DNA from: Synergistales bacterium
Lineage (GTDB): Bacteria > Synergistota > Synergistia > Synergistales > JAFGMB01
DNA length: 64,000 nt
Reading direction: 5' to 3'
Assembly: GCA_963666205.1 (NCBI GenBank)
Contig: OY762654.1
Location: 2,720,001 to 2,784,000 of the forward strand
A program made the position numbers and the translations under genes. The notes beneath the pieces are model-generated. The model did no database searches. It saw only the letters and a list, made by a program, of their open reading frames with translations, and was not told the origin of the DNA. Numbering within the stretch: position 1 is the first letter of the stretch; every line of letters starts with the position of its first letter. Below, piece by piece: positions 51,337-61,341 of the stretch.

Positions 51337-51654
51337 ATGAAATTGTTAACACAAGAGGTTATTAAACAGCTACCACAATTATATTCAACTGAAAATATTC
51401 CAGATCCAACAGTCCAGGTGAAGTTCTTCACTCCAGATTCAAGCTGGACCTGGTACATCTTAGAAGGTTCAGAGCAAGAGAATGGCGACTGGCTCTTCTT
51501 CGCCTACGTAATTGGTCTTGAAAGTGAATACGGTTATGTTCTTCTGTCTGAACTGGAAAGTATAAGAGGCTCATTGGGGTTAAAAATTGAAAGGGATCTG
51601 TATTTTGAACCTTCACCCATGAGCAAAATAACAAATAAGAAGAGAGCAGCATAG
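51337..51654 (+). CDS. DUF2958 domain protein
   Basis: LPQLYS..VKFFTP..WTWY..E.GYV.LSEL..IERDLYF. Confidence 0.85.
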   Translation: MKLLTQEVIKQLPQLYSTENIPDPTVQVKFFTPDSSWTWYILEGSEQENGDWLFFAYVIGLESEYGYVLLSELESIRGSLGLKIERDLYFEPSPMSKITNKKRAA

Positions 51655-51655
51655 G

Positions 51656-51814
51656 ATGATTAATTTTAACGATGGGAAATCATTCAATACCAATTGTGAT
51701 CTTAATGTAATTAGACAAACTGATGGTCTTTATGTAATTGGCAATGGTTATCTTATACCAGTGGATTCAGAAGAGGAGGGGATGGAACTTATAAAAAGAT
51801 TACAAAAAAGATAG
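51656..51814 (+). CDS. 52-aa protein (not in the ORF track)
   Basis: MINFNDGKSFNT...GLYVIGNGYLIPV...; starts 1 nt after the DUF2958 stop, precedes a terminator. Confidence 0.6.
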   Translation: MINFNDGKSFNTNCDLNVIRQTDGLYVIGNGYLIPVDSEEEGMELIKRLQKR

Positions 51815-51845
51815 AAACAGATTATCAACTTGAATAAAACTATCC

Positions 51846-51884
51846 ATGGGTATGCCTTTTATTATGGTATACCCATTATTTTTT
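51846..51884 (+). repeat. 39-bp terminator-like hairpin, copy 1
   Basis: ATGGGTATGCCTTTTATTATGGTATACCCATTATTTTTT, identical at 55312-55350. Confidence 0.9.
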
Positions 51885-52245
51885 TAAATAGCTTATAAAA
51901 ATAATTGTTTTTACAAGATAAAATTCTCCAATGTTGCAAAATGGGAACCAGACAGACATAAAGAAAAGATTCTTCGAATAGCAAAGGATAATCCATACAA
52001 TGAAGACTTACTTGACTAAAATAATCAAAATGTAATAATAAAAAAGCCTTTCAGAGAGAACGAGTATGAAACTTAATGTTCGCCAGTCAGCAATCGTTCA
52101 GACTTATCAGCCTTTTCAGTGATGAGAAGCAACTTATCCTTTTTTATTTCCATGTTCAATAATTTTGAACGGGATTTTTTGTAATGTCTTATGTCTTCAA
52201 GTTATATGGCATTTTACTTTTTGCTCAAATCTATAATTTATTAAG

Positions 52246-53490
52246 GTGGGGATTATTTTGAAATTGCAAAGAGCCATTTTTTCTTGTGTCAGTATTGTTT
52301 TGCTAATTTTTTGTTTTTCTCTTTTTCCAACAAAAGCTTCATTGGCAATAAGCGGAAGTTTTGATGTTGATTTTACTGCTATTACGACGGCTCTTGGTGA
52401 AGGTGATTTCCAAAGATCTATATTAAGTAAAGAAAGATTGGTTTCTCAACTTACACCAGACTTATTCACTGAAAAGAACTTTGAGAAAATTGCTCAGACT
52501 TTAAACTATATTGGGGACGAATATTTCTGGTATCTATATTCCTTGGAGAGTGGTTTATATGGTGAAAATATGCATTCCCCACAAGTCTTGGAATATTATC
52601 TGAATTATTTAGATAAATACGGGACGCTGAAAATAATCCAAAATAATTCTTTTTTCTATAAATATGGAGTAGAACTCCAAAGATTTTCAAAGGTGATAAA
52701 TGATATTGCTCTAATTGCGGAAGGCAAGAAAACAAGGTTTGGTTTTGATGATGCAATAATTGCTGGAGCAACTGCTCCTGTCGTTATTCCATCAACCATA
52801 GCAGGAACTTCGTTTGTTGCTACTTCTTTTGCTGTAGTTGCTGCTCCTGTAGCTGTAGTTGCTTCTCCTATGATTCTGATGGCTGTTCCGATTAAATTTG
52901 GGTATGACTTCCTTAAGAACAAAGATATTAACAAAAAGATTTCAACCGAAATCAACCAGATTCCGTTTTTCAAAGACGGTTCAGTAAGTGAGACTTGGAG
53001 CACAACACTTATCGGTTACAGGGAACTCCATAAAAAACTTGGTAGATATAATGCTTTTATTTCTAAACTGAAACAAAGTCTCAGGCAGAATGCCCAATTC
53101 GAATGCGAATTTATTAATAAATTTGAAACCTATGTGGCTCGACAAGAAATTGCTATCAAAAGACTTGATGGTCAACTGAGAAGCCAATTGTTTGATGCCC
53201 CAATAAGAGGTTACTGCTTGTTAACAAATATCAAAATTATTTTGGCGAAGGGATTATTGAATGATAATGAAGATCAAATACAAGATGCAGGAATATCTTT
53301 TGCGAAAACTACAGGTTTTATAAAATGTATCAAACAAGATGAAACGGCTAAACTTTGGTTTGATGTCGCTTCGAGAATTAAAGATGAACTTGGTAGAGGT
53401 AAAGGATATGAAGAACTTGTATCTAAAAGTCAACTTTCTCCTGAGTGGAGTGAACTTCCTCAAAACATGGATATTAAATGGCCAGAGTAG
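52246..53490 (+). CDS. Hypothetical exported protein with a long Ala/Val hydrophobic segment
   Basis: N-terminal signal-like peptide; central hydrophobic stretch of ~45 aa. Confidence 0.75.
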   Translation: MGIILKLQRAIFSCVSIVLLIFCFSLFPTKASLAISGSFDVDFTAITTALGEGDFQRSILSKERLVSQLTPDLFTEKNFEKIAQTLNYIGDEYFWYLYSLESGLYGENMHSPQVLEYYLNYLDKYGTLKIIQNNSFFYKYGVELQRFSKVINDIALIAEGKKTRFGFDDAIIAGATAPVVIPSTIAGTSFVATSFAVVAAPVAVVASPMILMAVPIKFGYDFLKNKDINKKISTEINQIPFFKDGSVSETWSTTLIGYRELHKKLGRYNAFISKLKQSLRQNAQFECEFINKFETYVARQEIAIKRLDGQLRSQLFDAPIRGYCLLTNIKIILAKGLLNDNEDQIQDAGISFAKTTGFIKCIKQDETAKLWFDVASRIKDELGRGKGYEELVSKSQLSPEWSELPQNMDIKWPE

Positions 53491-53514
53491 TCGAAGAGGG
53501 GTGTTAAGTATCTA

Positions 53515-55227
53515 ATGTTTTCCAGAGAGAACATTACGAAAAGTCTTTACTTGTCCATATCATTGTTAATTCTTTTTTCATGTAATGCTGTTTTTGCTGA
53601 GAATGTTGCCCCCTTATTAAATGATCCCTTGTTCAATCATTTCAAAGGGGAATTAGGAGAACAAGTTGTTCGAGATTTCTTTGGATCTGAAGGTTGGTAT
53701 ATTGTCGATTCAAAGAGCGGTCCCCATGGTATAGATCTCATTGCAACAAGACCTGGTTCGAATAAACCATTAGTTATTGAAGTTAAAACAGATGGATCTC
53801 AATTAAATAAATATGCCTCTAAAACGATTGATGCATCTAATCAAAGCTACACTCAACAATCTGAAATTTATGTGAAAAGTAGAGCGGATAGTGTTAATGA
53901 TCCAAAGGTTAAACAGTTGCTTAAATCTGGAATTTACAGGGCACGTGTAGTAAGAGTTGTGATATACCCAGATTATCTGGAAATATTTTATAATCAAGTA
54001 ACCAACTTATCCGAATCAGAGATAGAGCTTAATGACATAACTTCTAAAACTTTTAAGGTACCTTCGACTTTTATTACAAAAAATGGAGGATTAAAAATAC
54101 CAATAATACCCCAAGAAGGAGAACCAGCAGTTGTTACAAAATTTAGAAACAGTTTATTTAAGTCCACCAATAGGTTATTGGAAGATCCTTATTGGAGAGA
54201 ACACCTCATCAAAAAACTCATGTTAAAAAATGGAGCAGCAAGTTCAGATGTGATATATCTAGTTGATCAGTTGTTAAAGGATCTGAAAAGTAATGATCCT
54301 GAAAGAGTTAATTTTGCTTGGAAGCAGTTTGTTGAATTAGTCGATGGTGATTTGACGAAGTTGTATGCTTATTTGAGACAATTAGGAATGTCCCCTAAAG
54401 CAGTTAATGCTGAACTTAAACTGTTGAATCAGTTAAAAGCAAGAGATCCTAAGGCATATGAAAGAAGGCTTAATAATCTCTCCTTTCGAAAGAACTGGAA
54501 GCAAGTCATTGCCAATGGTATTTCGATGTCCATGTTTAAGAACTTGGGGTTAGTTTATAGGACTGTTCAGGGACAAGAAGATTGGGAGCATGCACTGCAA
54601 CAAGTTTGTACAGATGCCTTGGGTTATTCTGCTTCTGTCAAATTAGTAAATGGGGTAATCTTTCAAACCGGTAATAAATGTGGATTTCTTAGTTGGTTGC
54701 CAAAAATGGCATCTCAGAGTGGAGCTGAATTTATTATCGCTATGACTTTATTTGACGATGCTAAAGTTACTTATTCGTATCTGTCAGGTGATCTTTCTAG
54801 GGACCAATTTGTTGATATGGTTGAAAATACAACAATCCAAGGTCTAAGAACTGGTACGTCCTATACTTTGGCCCATATATTTGTATCTAAAGCGATAATT
54901 GCTCTTGGTGTAACTTCAGGAGTAGGAACGCCTGCTGTAGTCGGTATTACAATATTGTCAGAAATTGGAGGAGCATGTGTTATTGATGCAACGCTTTCTC
55001 AACTCCTTTCAGTTTGTAAAGGGAAGTTAACAAAAGAAATTTTGACTCTTGAAGATCTAGAAAAACTATTCGGCCCTGAAATTACAAGAAAATGTACTCC
55101 ATGGAATTATACAACAGAGAAAATAACTCCTTGGGCGTTATTATCAAAATCTCAATCGTGGATAATCCCTGATAATACAAAAGAAACACCATGGTCTGTA
55201 GAAGGTAAACCTACGCCATGGGAATAG
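53515..55227 (+). CDS. Hypothetical exported protein with a PD-(D/E)XK-like motif and TPW repeats
   Basis: Signal peptide ending AVFA; KGELGE...GIDLI...IEVKT; four C-terminal TPW. Confidence 0.75.
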   Translation: MFSRENITKSLYLSISLLILFSCNAVFAENVAPLLNDPLFNHFKGELGEQVVRDFFGSEGWYIVDSKSGPHGIDLIATRPGSNKPLVIEVKTDGSQLNKYASKTIDASNQSYTQQSEIYVKSRADSVNDPKVKQLLKSGIYRARVVRVVIYPDYLEIFYNQVTNLSESEIELNDITSKTFKVPSTFITKNGGLKIPIIPQEGEPAVVTKFRNSLFKSTNRLLEDPYWREHLIKKLMLKNGAASSDVIYLVDQLLKDLKSNDPERVNFAWKQFVELVDGDLTKLYAYLRQLGMSPKAVNAELKLLNQLKARDPKAYERRLNNLSFRKNWKQVIANGISMSMFKNLGLVYRTVQGQEDWEHALQQVCTDALGYSASVKLVNGVIFQTGNKCGFLSWLPKMASQSGAEFIIAMTLFDDAKVTYSYLSGDLSRDQFVDMVENTTIQGLRTGTSYTLAHIFVSKAIIALGVTSGVGTPAVVGITILSEIGGACVIDATLSQLLSVCKGKLTKEILTLEDLEKLFGPEITRKCTPWNYTTEKITPWALLSKSQSWIIPDNTKETPWSVEGKPTPWE

Positions 55228-55311
55228 AGGGGAGTATTATTCTGAGGATTAGTTCTGATGAATTCTTGATCTTTTCCAATAACAATTAAGAATATTGAGG
55301 GGTTGGAATGT

Positions 55312-55350
55312 ATGGGTATGCCTTTTATTATGGTATACCCATTATTTTTT
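55312..55350 (+). repeat. 39-bp hairpin, copy 2
   Basis: Identical to 51846-51884. Confidence 0.9.
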
Positions 55351-55396
55351 GAAGTAGCTAGATAAAATATAAATATTCAGATATTTATGAACAGTA

Positions 55397-55521
55397 TGTA
55401 CGTTTTGTACGTTTTTAAAATGGTATATCTATTTTCCTATGGGGTTAAAAATATTTTTTATCAAGGGGTGTTATTTTGCCATACCCCTAAAACCGACCGT
55501 ACAAACCGTGCATTTCGTACA
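55397..55521. repeat. Inverted iteron-like sets around an 86-bp spacer (putative origin)
   Basis: TGTACG at 55397 and 55406; CGTACA 55498, CGTGCA 55507, CGTACA 55516. Confidence 0.6.
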
Positions 55522-55745
55522 TGAATTCCATTTCAATAATGATTTCATATCATCGTTATCCATTGGTATCTTAGTATTTATGGACATAATATAAGGGGCA
55601 GGTCAGATTCTGGAGAAAACTTGTTTTACAAAAATATCAGTGTGATAATGGGAGTGAATTTAAATACACAATATTGCACAATCTTTTGAGAGGTGTCTGC
55701 TATTCAAGTTGTGTAGTATTCCAAATTGTGAGGAGGGATTAGGAA

Positions 55746-56234
55746 GTGACTTCAAACAACTCTAATAATGATAATAATTGCAATATAGTTTCAACAGAAA
55801 TTAATGAAATTACCACCACTAAACCTCAAGATTCTATTGTTATACGAACACAATCTGGTATTGAAACAATAAGCTTGGAGGGGTTAACGCCAGAGCAAAA
55901 ACAAGAACTTAAAATGAAATATGCTTCAATGGCTATTGAAACCCAAGATAGAGTAAATCGTTTAGCTTCTGATGTAAATGCACTTGGAGCTTCGCTCAAT
56001 GTAATGGCTAAAAATACGAAAGATGTAGCTGAATCTGGGCAGTCAATCACTATAACTAATACCAAAGAAGATAACCTGGGCCGTACTGAGGTTATTATGG
56101 GAACAAGTGATGCCGCCAAGAGCGGGAAACTTACCCGAAGTGCTAGAGGACTGAAAGACAATACAACCCTATGGTTAGGTGTGGTTGTTCTTGTAATTGC
56201 AATAATAGCTCTTGTAGTAGTTAAAACCCAGTAA
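55746..56234 (+). CDS. Hypothetical protein, helical with a C-terminal TM
   Basis: GGAGG RBS; ends LWLGVVVLVIAIIALVVVK. Confidence 0.8.
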   Translation: MTSNNSNNDNNCNIVSTEINEITTTKPQDSIVIRTQSGIETISLEGLTPEQKQELKMKYASMAIETQDRVNRLASDVNALGASLNVMAKNTKDVAESGQSITITNTKEDNLGRTEVIMGTSDAAKSGKLTRSARGLKDNTTLWLGVVVLVIAIIALVVVKTQ

Positions 56235-56548
56235 TGGTAGTAACTCATATGAAGGATAAAATTATAATTTATGTTCATCCAGAAACAGATATTCAATCTG
56301 AAATTGGGAAACTGAGAGATGTAATTGAGTCCAAAAGAATTCCCAGTATTGAAATGGATCAATTGATATTAGATGTGGGAAAAATCTTGTCTGACTCAGT
56401 TAGCCGAGCCAGAGAATTATCATCATATGAGTGTCAATATGATATGGAACGTGTGGTTGAATCAAACAATTGTAAGGTGACAATTCGTACTGGAACAAAC
56501 AAAGGCAAACAATCATTGCTTGAAAGGTTTAAGAAACTATTTTCGTAA
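56234..56548 (+). CDS. Hypothetical protein
   Basis: TAATG coupling to the upstream gene (alternative start 56249). Confidence 0.75.
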   Translation: MVVTHMKDKIIIYVHPETDIQSEIGKLRDVIESKRIPSIEMDQLILDVGKILSDSVSRARELSSYECQYDMERVVESNNCKVTIRTGTNKGKQSLLERFKKLFS

Positions 56549-56561
56549 GAAAGGTCCTATC

Positions 56562-57410
56562 ATGAGTTCAAATAAAACATATCGTCGCAACTATTATTCC
56601 AACAACTCTTACAGGAGAAAGAACTATGGTTTAGAGAAAGCCTTACAACATATTAAAGAAGCCGAAGAACTCTCTTTAGAGCTAGGTGGCACAGACAAAG
56701 ACGTTAAAGCGTATTTCTTTTCCTTATCAGGGTATCGTTTAGCAGAAATTCTAGATAGTTATCAAAAGGTATATGGGATTAAAGCTCGTCAATATGCTGA
56801 AGAAACCATTCCACTATGGAGAAGCGGACGCAGGAAAATGAGCGGTATGGTCGCGACAAGGCTGTTTAGACTTTTACCTGACTTTATGCCTTTGGAGAGT
56901 AAGTATGATTTGGTAAAAAACCTATGGCAACATTACTGTCCCAAAACATCAAAGGTAATGATCATTGGTCCTGATGCTTCTGAAGAAGATGTAATGATTG
57001 AGATTCAATCATATTTAGAAATCACTATAGATTCATATATGGTTCCAGAACCTTTGAACAAAAGATTCCAATGGCTGGCAAAGGGTGATGTGACTGTATA
57101 TCAGCAACTCCTGAATCACTTCCTGTTTTCAGATAGAGACTTGGCTATTCGAGATGCGCAATCTCGCTTACCTGTTTTTTTCCAACACATTAGAGAAGGT
57201 GAAAACTATACGAAAAGTTTAAGCAGGACAATAGAGTTAGGAAAGCATTCTCTACAGCTATTTTTTGACCCAACAGTTAGCGGGATAACAATTAAGGAAG
57301 AAGTTCACTTTAGGACTGAAGGAATAAAAAGTGCCGACGGTGATTTCGGATGGTTTAAATGGGTGGTTGGCTTTGGCATATTAGTATTATTATATCTACT
57401 CTCTAGTTAA
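56562..57410 (+). CDS. Hypothetical protein with a C-terminal TM
   Basis: Arg/Tyr/Asn-rich N-terminus; ends WFKWVVGFGILVLLYLLSS. Confidence 0.8.
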   Translation: MSSNKTYRRNYYSNNSYRRKNYGLEKALQHIKEAEELSLELGGTDKDVKAYFFSLSGYRLAEILDSYQKVYGIKARQYAEETIPLWRSGRRKMSGMVATRLFRLLPDFMPLESKYDLVKNLWQHYCPKTSKVMIIGPDASEEDVMIEIQSYLEITIDSYMVPEPLNKRFQWLAKGDVTVYQQLLNHFLFSDRDLAIRDAQSRLPVFFQHIREGENYTKSLSRTIELGKHSLQLFFDPTVSGITIKEEVHFRTEGIKSADGDFGWFKWVVGFGILVLLYLLSS

Positions 57411-57523
57411 TCTATGTAGGTAGAATCAGTAATAAAATGTGGATTTAAGCCAATCTTGGTTCTGGTGGCAAAAAAAACAGCTAGATGATTAGCGTTAAAA
57501 ACTATTATATGTGAACAAAGAAG

Positions 57524-57955
57524 GTGTATCTAATTATTCTCATTTTCTTATTGATAATCTTTGTTGGTTTTTATTTCCTCAAAGATCCTATTTCTGGATT
57601 TTCCCCTGGAAAGCGATTTCAGGATTCAAGACGAGGAATTACACCTAGCCAGAAAGAAAAGGCAATAAACATAGATAGGCTCAATAAGAATAAGACAGTA
57701 ATAATTGAAGAATTGGATATGCTTAATGCAAGATTACAAGAAATCCAAAGTCATTTTGACCGATCCAATGACAATGCAGAAGTAGTTGAAACAGAAGATA
57801 TTTATGTCATTTATTCTCTAAAAAACAAGATAAAACACCTTGAAGCAATTTTATTGGATGAGTCAAGGTTATTGCATTATGGAGAAAAAATGGACATGTC
57901 TAAATGTAGATATGCTTCAAATGATAGCGATGCAGAGTGGTGGAGATATGATTAA
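57524..57955 (+). CDS. Hypothetical protein, N-terminal TM plus coiled coil
   Basis: ORF composition. Confidence 0.65.
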   Translation: MYLIILIFLLIIFVGFYFLKDPISGFSPGKRFQDSRRGITPSQKEKAINIDRLNKNKTVIIEELDMLNARLQEIQSHFDRSNDNAEVVETEDIYVIYSLKNKIKHLEAILLDESRLLHYGEKMDMSKCRYASNDSDAEWWRYD

Positions 57956-58107
57956 TTTGTTTTAGAGATATTACTCCTGAAATACGAGGAAGTATATCTC
58001 CACGATTTTCTCATCGTTTCAGAGACACTTATGGAATGTATTCTATGTGCCTATCAGGATATTACAAGAGGGTTTGACTGCCCAGTCAAGTAGGTCTTTT
58101 ACCTTTG

Positions 58108-58404
58108 CTATTGCTGAATAAAATCGAAATTTGTATTAATGAGTTTAATCCCTTCTCGAGATACAAAGGATAAAAGGATATGATCGAACATATTTCTAGA
58201 ATATCTAAATATCTCGTTAATGTTTCCTCCAAGCAAAGATACAATATCGTCTTCAAATTTAATAAAATAATTTCCTCCGATGATTTCGCAGGAATATGAG
58301 ATATTAATATTATTTTGCCTGACTTCAGCCTTGGAAATTTCAGAAAAAATGGAAGGTTCTTTCCCATTCGACGTCTTTATCAATCCTGACACTATAGTAC
58401 TCAT
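58108..58404 (-). CDS. Hypothetical protein
   Basis: Follows the endonuclease gene after 27 nt. Confidence 0.55.
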   Translation of the reverse strand: MSTIVSGLIKTSNGKEPSIFSEISKAEVRQNNINISYSCEIIGGNYFIKFEDDIVSLLGGNINEIFRYSRNMFDHILLSFVSREGIKLINTNFDFIQQ

Positions 58405-58431
58405 TCAAATCGACCAGCCTTTAGAAAAACA

Positions 58432-59421
58432 TTACTCAGGAGGATGGCATCTTTTACAGGGTGTATATCCAGCTTTCTTAGCCTCTTTTAATGTTATGGG
58501 AATTCTACTTTTGCTTAAGCAGGAACAGCTTGAGCAATGATACTTTTTACCAGATTTTGTAATATATACAATTATTTCCCCATTTTCAGAAGAATTCATA
58601 TTTTCGACTTGAGCTGAGTTTGAGCCAGGAATCTTGGAAATAATAGGTAACTGGTAAATAACTCTTTCGACTTTTGTTTCAGTGCTGTCAGGTAATTCAT
58701 GGAAAAAGTTGAGCCCGCAATGACTTTCCACTTCATCAATGGAGATCTGAAATTTATGCCAATCAGCTTTTCTTGGTGTTTCTTGCTCCATGAGAAAAGC
58801 GAAATATTTCCATTCTTGGTGATCTTCAAAGGCTAAAATTTTCCAATATCCACTAGGCACAGAATGGATATTATGGCAGGCAGGTAGACAAGGCATTTCA
58901 TGTTCATAAAGAGGACCAGTTATCACATATACCTTATAGCCCATCCTTGCTAGATCTCTTGTATATTCTTCAAGGCATTTCCAGGGACCCTGATTTAGTT
59001 CAGATTTCTGTGGAGTAATGTTGGATAGGTAGTTAGTTTCAGCCCAATAGGGCGTTCCTTTGAAACTTGCGAGTGGGGCTTGATGACCTCGGTCAGTATG
59101 TAAGGTTTTATGTGCTCCAGTGTAATCTTTTGGAGAAAGTGTTTCTGCTGATGAAAGCATGGGATCCTTTTTCCAATTGCGACTTGTTTTGCTATTTCCC
59201 AAGGTTAAAGGTGAAACGATATAAGCTACCCAGTCAGCAAATTTAGTCTGGGGATTATTTGAGAGAGTATAAATGTTGTGGAGAACCAGAGTGTTATTTG
59301 GCTTGCCGAGAGGTTCTCCGTAAATGGTATGAGGCGAACCACATACTGGTGATATAGGGAGAGAGAATATTAGAAGTGTTAATAATAAGGTACTTAATCC
59401 TTTAATCTTATTTTTCAACAT
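58432..59421 (-). CDS. Secreted DNA/RNA non-specific endonuclease with a C-terminal Cys metal-binding domain
   Basis: DRGHQAP, NYLSNITPQ..LNQGPW, TGP, VPSGYWK; tail VYITKSGKKYH..C...GYTPCKRC. Confidence 0.92.
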   Translation of the reverse strand: MLKNKIKGLSTLLLTLLIFSLPISPVCGSPHTIYGEPLGKPNNTLVLHNIYTLSNNPQTKFADWVAYIVSPLTLGNSKTSRNWKKDPMLSSAETLSPKDYTGAHKTLHTDRGHQAPLASFKGTPYWAETNYLSNITPQKSELNQGPWKCLEEYTRDLARMGYKVYVITGPLYEHEMPCLPACHNIHSVPSGYWKILAFEDHQEWKYFAFLMEQETPRKADWHKFQISIDEVESHCGLNFFHELPDSTETKVERVIYQLPIISKIPGSNSAQVENMNSSENGEIIVYITKSGKKYHCSSCSCLSKSRIPITLKEAKKAGYTPCKRCHPPE

Positions 59422-60223
59422 AAACACTCCTCTCATTAGAGTATTTGAGAGAGTGTAATACACTGCAAATGTCACTGACTTCTGATGGTGATAGAGATTC
59501 GAAATCCTCCAATTTTGTAATGATCCCAGAGATGCACTCTTCCTGATAGGATAGCGCTTTGCAATGACGGTCTTGTAAGAAGTAAGTTGCTATTGTTCCT
59601 GTTAACATTCCGAGAAAGCCTATTCCCACAAGCATGAGTATTACAGCTACAAGTCTGCCTCCAGTCGAAGCGGGTGAAATATCGCCGTACCCAACGGTAG
59701 TTGTTGTAACAAAGGACCACCAAATAGCATCGGAAAGAGACATATTTTCCAGATATGATATAGCGATTGCTCCCATCATAATGGTGGTGAAGGTTAGCCA
59801 TAATACCTGATGGAAATTGTTTGTCTCTACAAACATGGATATCTTCTTCTTGAGTCTATTTAGATAAGAGAAAACCCGAAACAACCTAAAGAGTCTAATT
59901 AACTTAGTTGTTTTCACCAGGCGGATAATTCTTATCGCCCTTAGACCTTTAAATAGAGCGTTGAATGGAAGTATCGCAATTAATTCAATAACGTTGTTTT
60001 TGACGTATTGTATTTTATTCTTGGCTGCAAAGAATCTTGTAAAATAGTCAATTACAAATATTACCCATATGGAAAGATCGATAATATAAATCAGTTTTAC
60101 TTGTTGGGCATTTAAATCACAGCGGTTTTCAATAAAAAGAATGCCTACAACTAACAATGCCAAACATGACATAGTTAAATCGTAGGCAATAGACTTATTT
60201 TCTTTCAGTTGAAAAGATAACAT
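59408..60223 (-). CDS. 6-TM voltage-gated-type potassium channel
   Basis: TTVGYGD selectivity filter; Arg-rich S4 (LRAIRIIRL..RLFRLFR). Confidence 0.92.
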   Translation of the reverse strand: MLSFQLKENKSIAYDLTMSCLALLVVGILFIENRCDLNAQQVKLIYIIDLSIWVIFVIDYFTRFFAAKNKIQYVKNNVIELIAILPFNALFKGLRAIRIIRLVKTTKLIRLFRLFRVFSYLNRLKKKISMFVETNNFHQVLWLTFTTIMMGAIAISYLENMSLSDAIWWSFVTTTTVGYGDISPASTGGRLVAVILMLVGIGFLGMLTGTIATYFLQDRHCKALSYQEECISGIITKLEDFESLSPSEVSDICSVLHSLKYSNERSVYVEK

Positions 60224-60764
60224 GTTGCCTCCTTAGAATAACGCAGTTATTAATATCCAATCTGATATTAATAATATGGTTATGAGCTTGTCTTCGATTT
60301 GGCAAAACTAATTTTCAAAACTCTCTTGCATAAAATCAAGAATCACTCAAATTGTACTGTTTTTCATTGAAATATTACATCAATCTAAGATTGTGTTCAA
60401 GAAACAGGATAGTTGCTCAGGTAACATAACGTAGACATGTTTCTGCCTATAACTATTTAGGATTATGCCATCAAACTATGCATGAGCAAGAATTGGCTTT
60501 ATCATGCTATCAAAAAGCTCTACAGATTGACCCCAAATATAAATATGCTCTTCAAAACAAAGAAATGCTAATAAGTTCAAGAAAAGACAAGATGGAGAAA
60601 GGATTTTTCAAAAGATTATTTAGAAAGTAATGTAATCTTGGCATGAGATAGAAAATAACTGTATTTTATTCCATATAAGTAAAATTAAATATGAAATAAG
60701 AGCAGCATTTGAAAAAATATATTTTCAGTAACCTAATATCTTCCAGGTCGTTCATATTTTTGAC

Positions 60765-60788
60765 TGTACATAACGTACAAACCGTACA
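60765..60788. repeat. Third 9-nt-spaced GTAC set
   Basis: TGTACA-TAA-CGTACA-AAC-CGTACA. Confidence 0.6.
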
Positions 60789-61341
60789 TCAACCCAAACT
60801 CCATTGAATGACTATGATATTTTCCATCTTTGACTCATATCATAAAATTCCAGCTACAATCTTGATCCCATTACTAACCATCCCATCAAATTACAGTTAT
60901 TACCAAATCATGTACTAACTTAGTATTTACTATAAGAATATTATTGTAATCTATATTTACATACAGTATGTGTTATGATATTTTATTGCCTGTGAATTGC
61001 CATGGTATATTTCACATTTATGCCCTGCCTCTTTAACATTGGCATCATGATAAGTAGATGCATTGGATTATTATCCTTACAAGGCCCAGATGGACATTTA
61101 TGGGGTGGGGCTTTGATTTTACCTGCTGAAGTTGCATAACTATCCCTTTAGTGCATATAATGAATTAAACAATCACTTCAATGTACCCATCAGAGAATAG
61201 AGAATCCAGAGAGTAGTGCCTTTCAGAAAGAACCCCAAAGAGAGTAAAAGTATTTTCAATCATATCTTATGACCGTAATACCAGGTTAAGAGTAGAGAAA
61301 TGCTGTAATTACATCAATTCAAAGAATTAGGGGTTGGGGTT

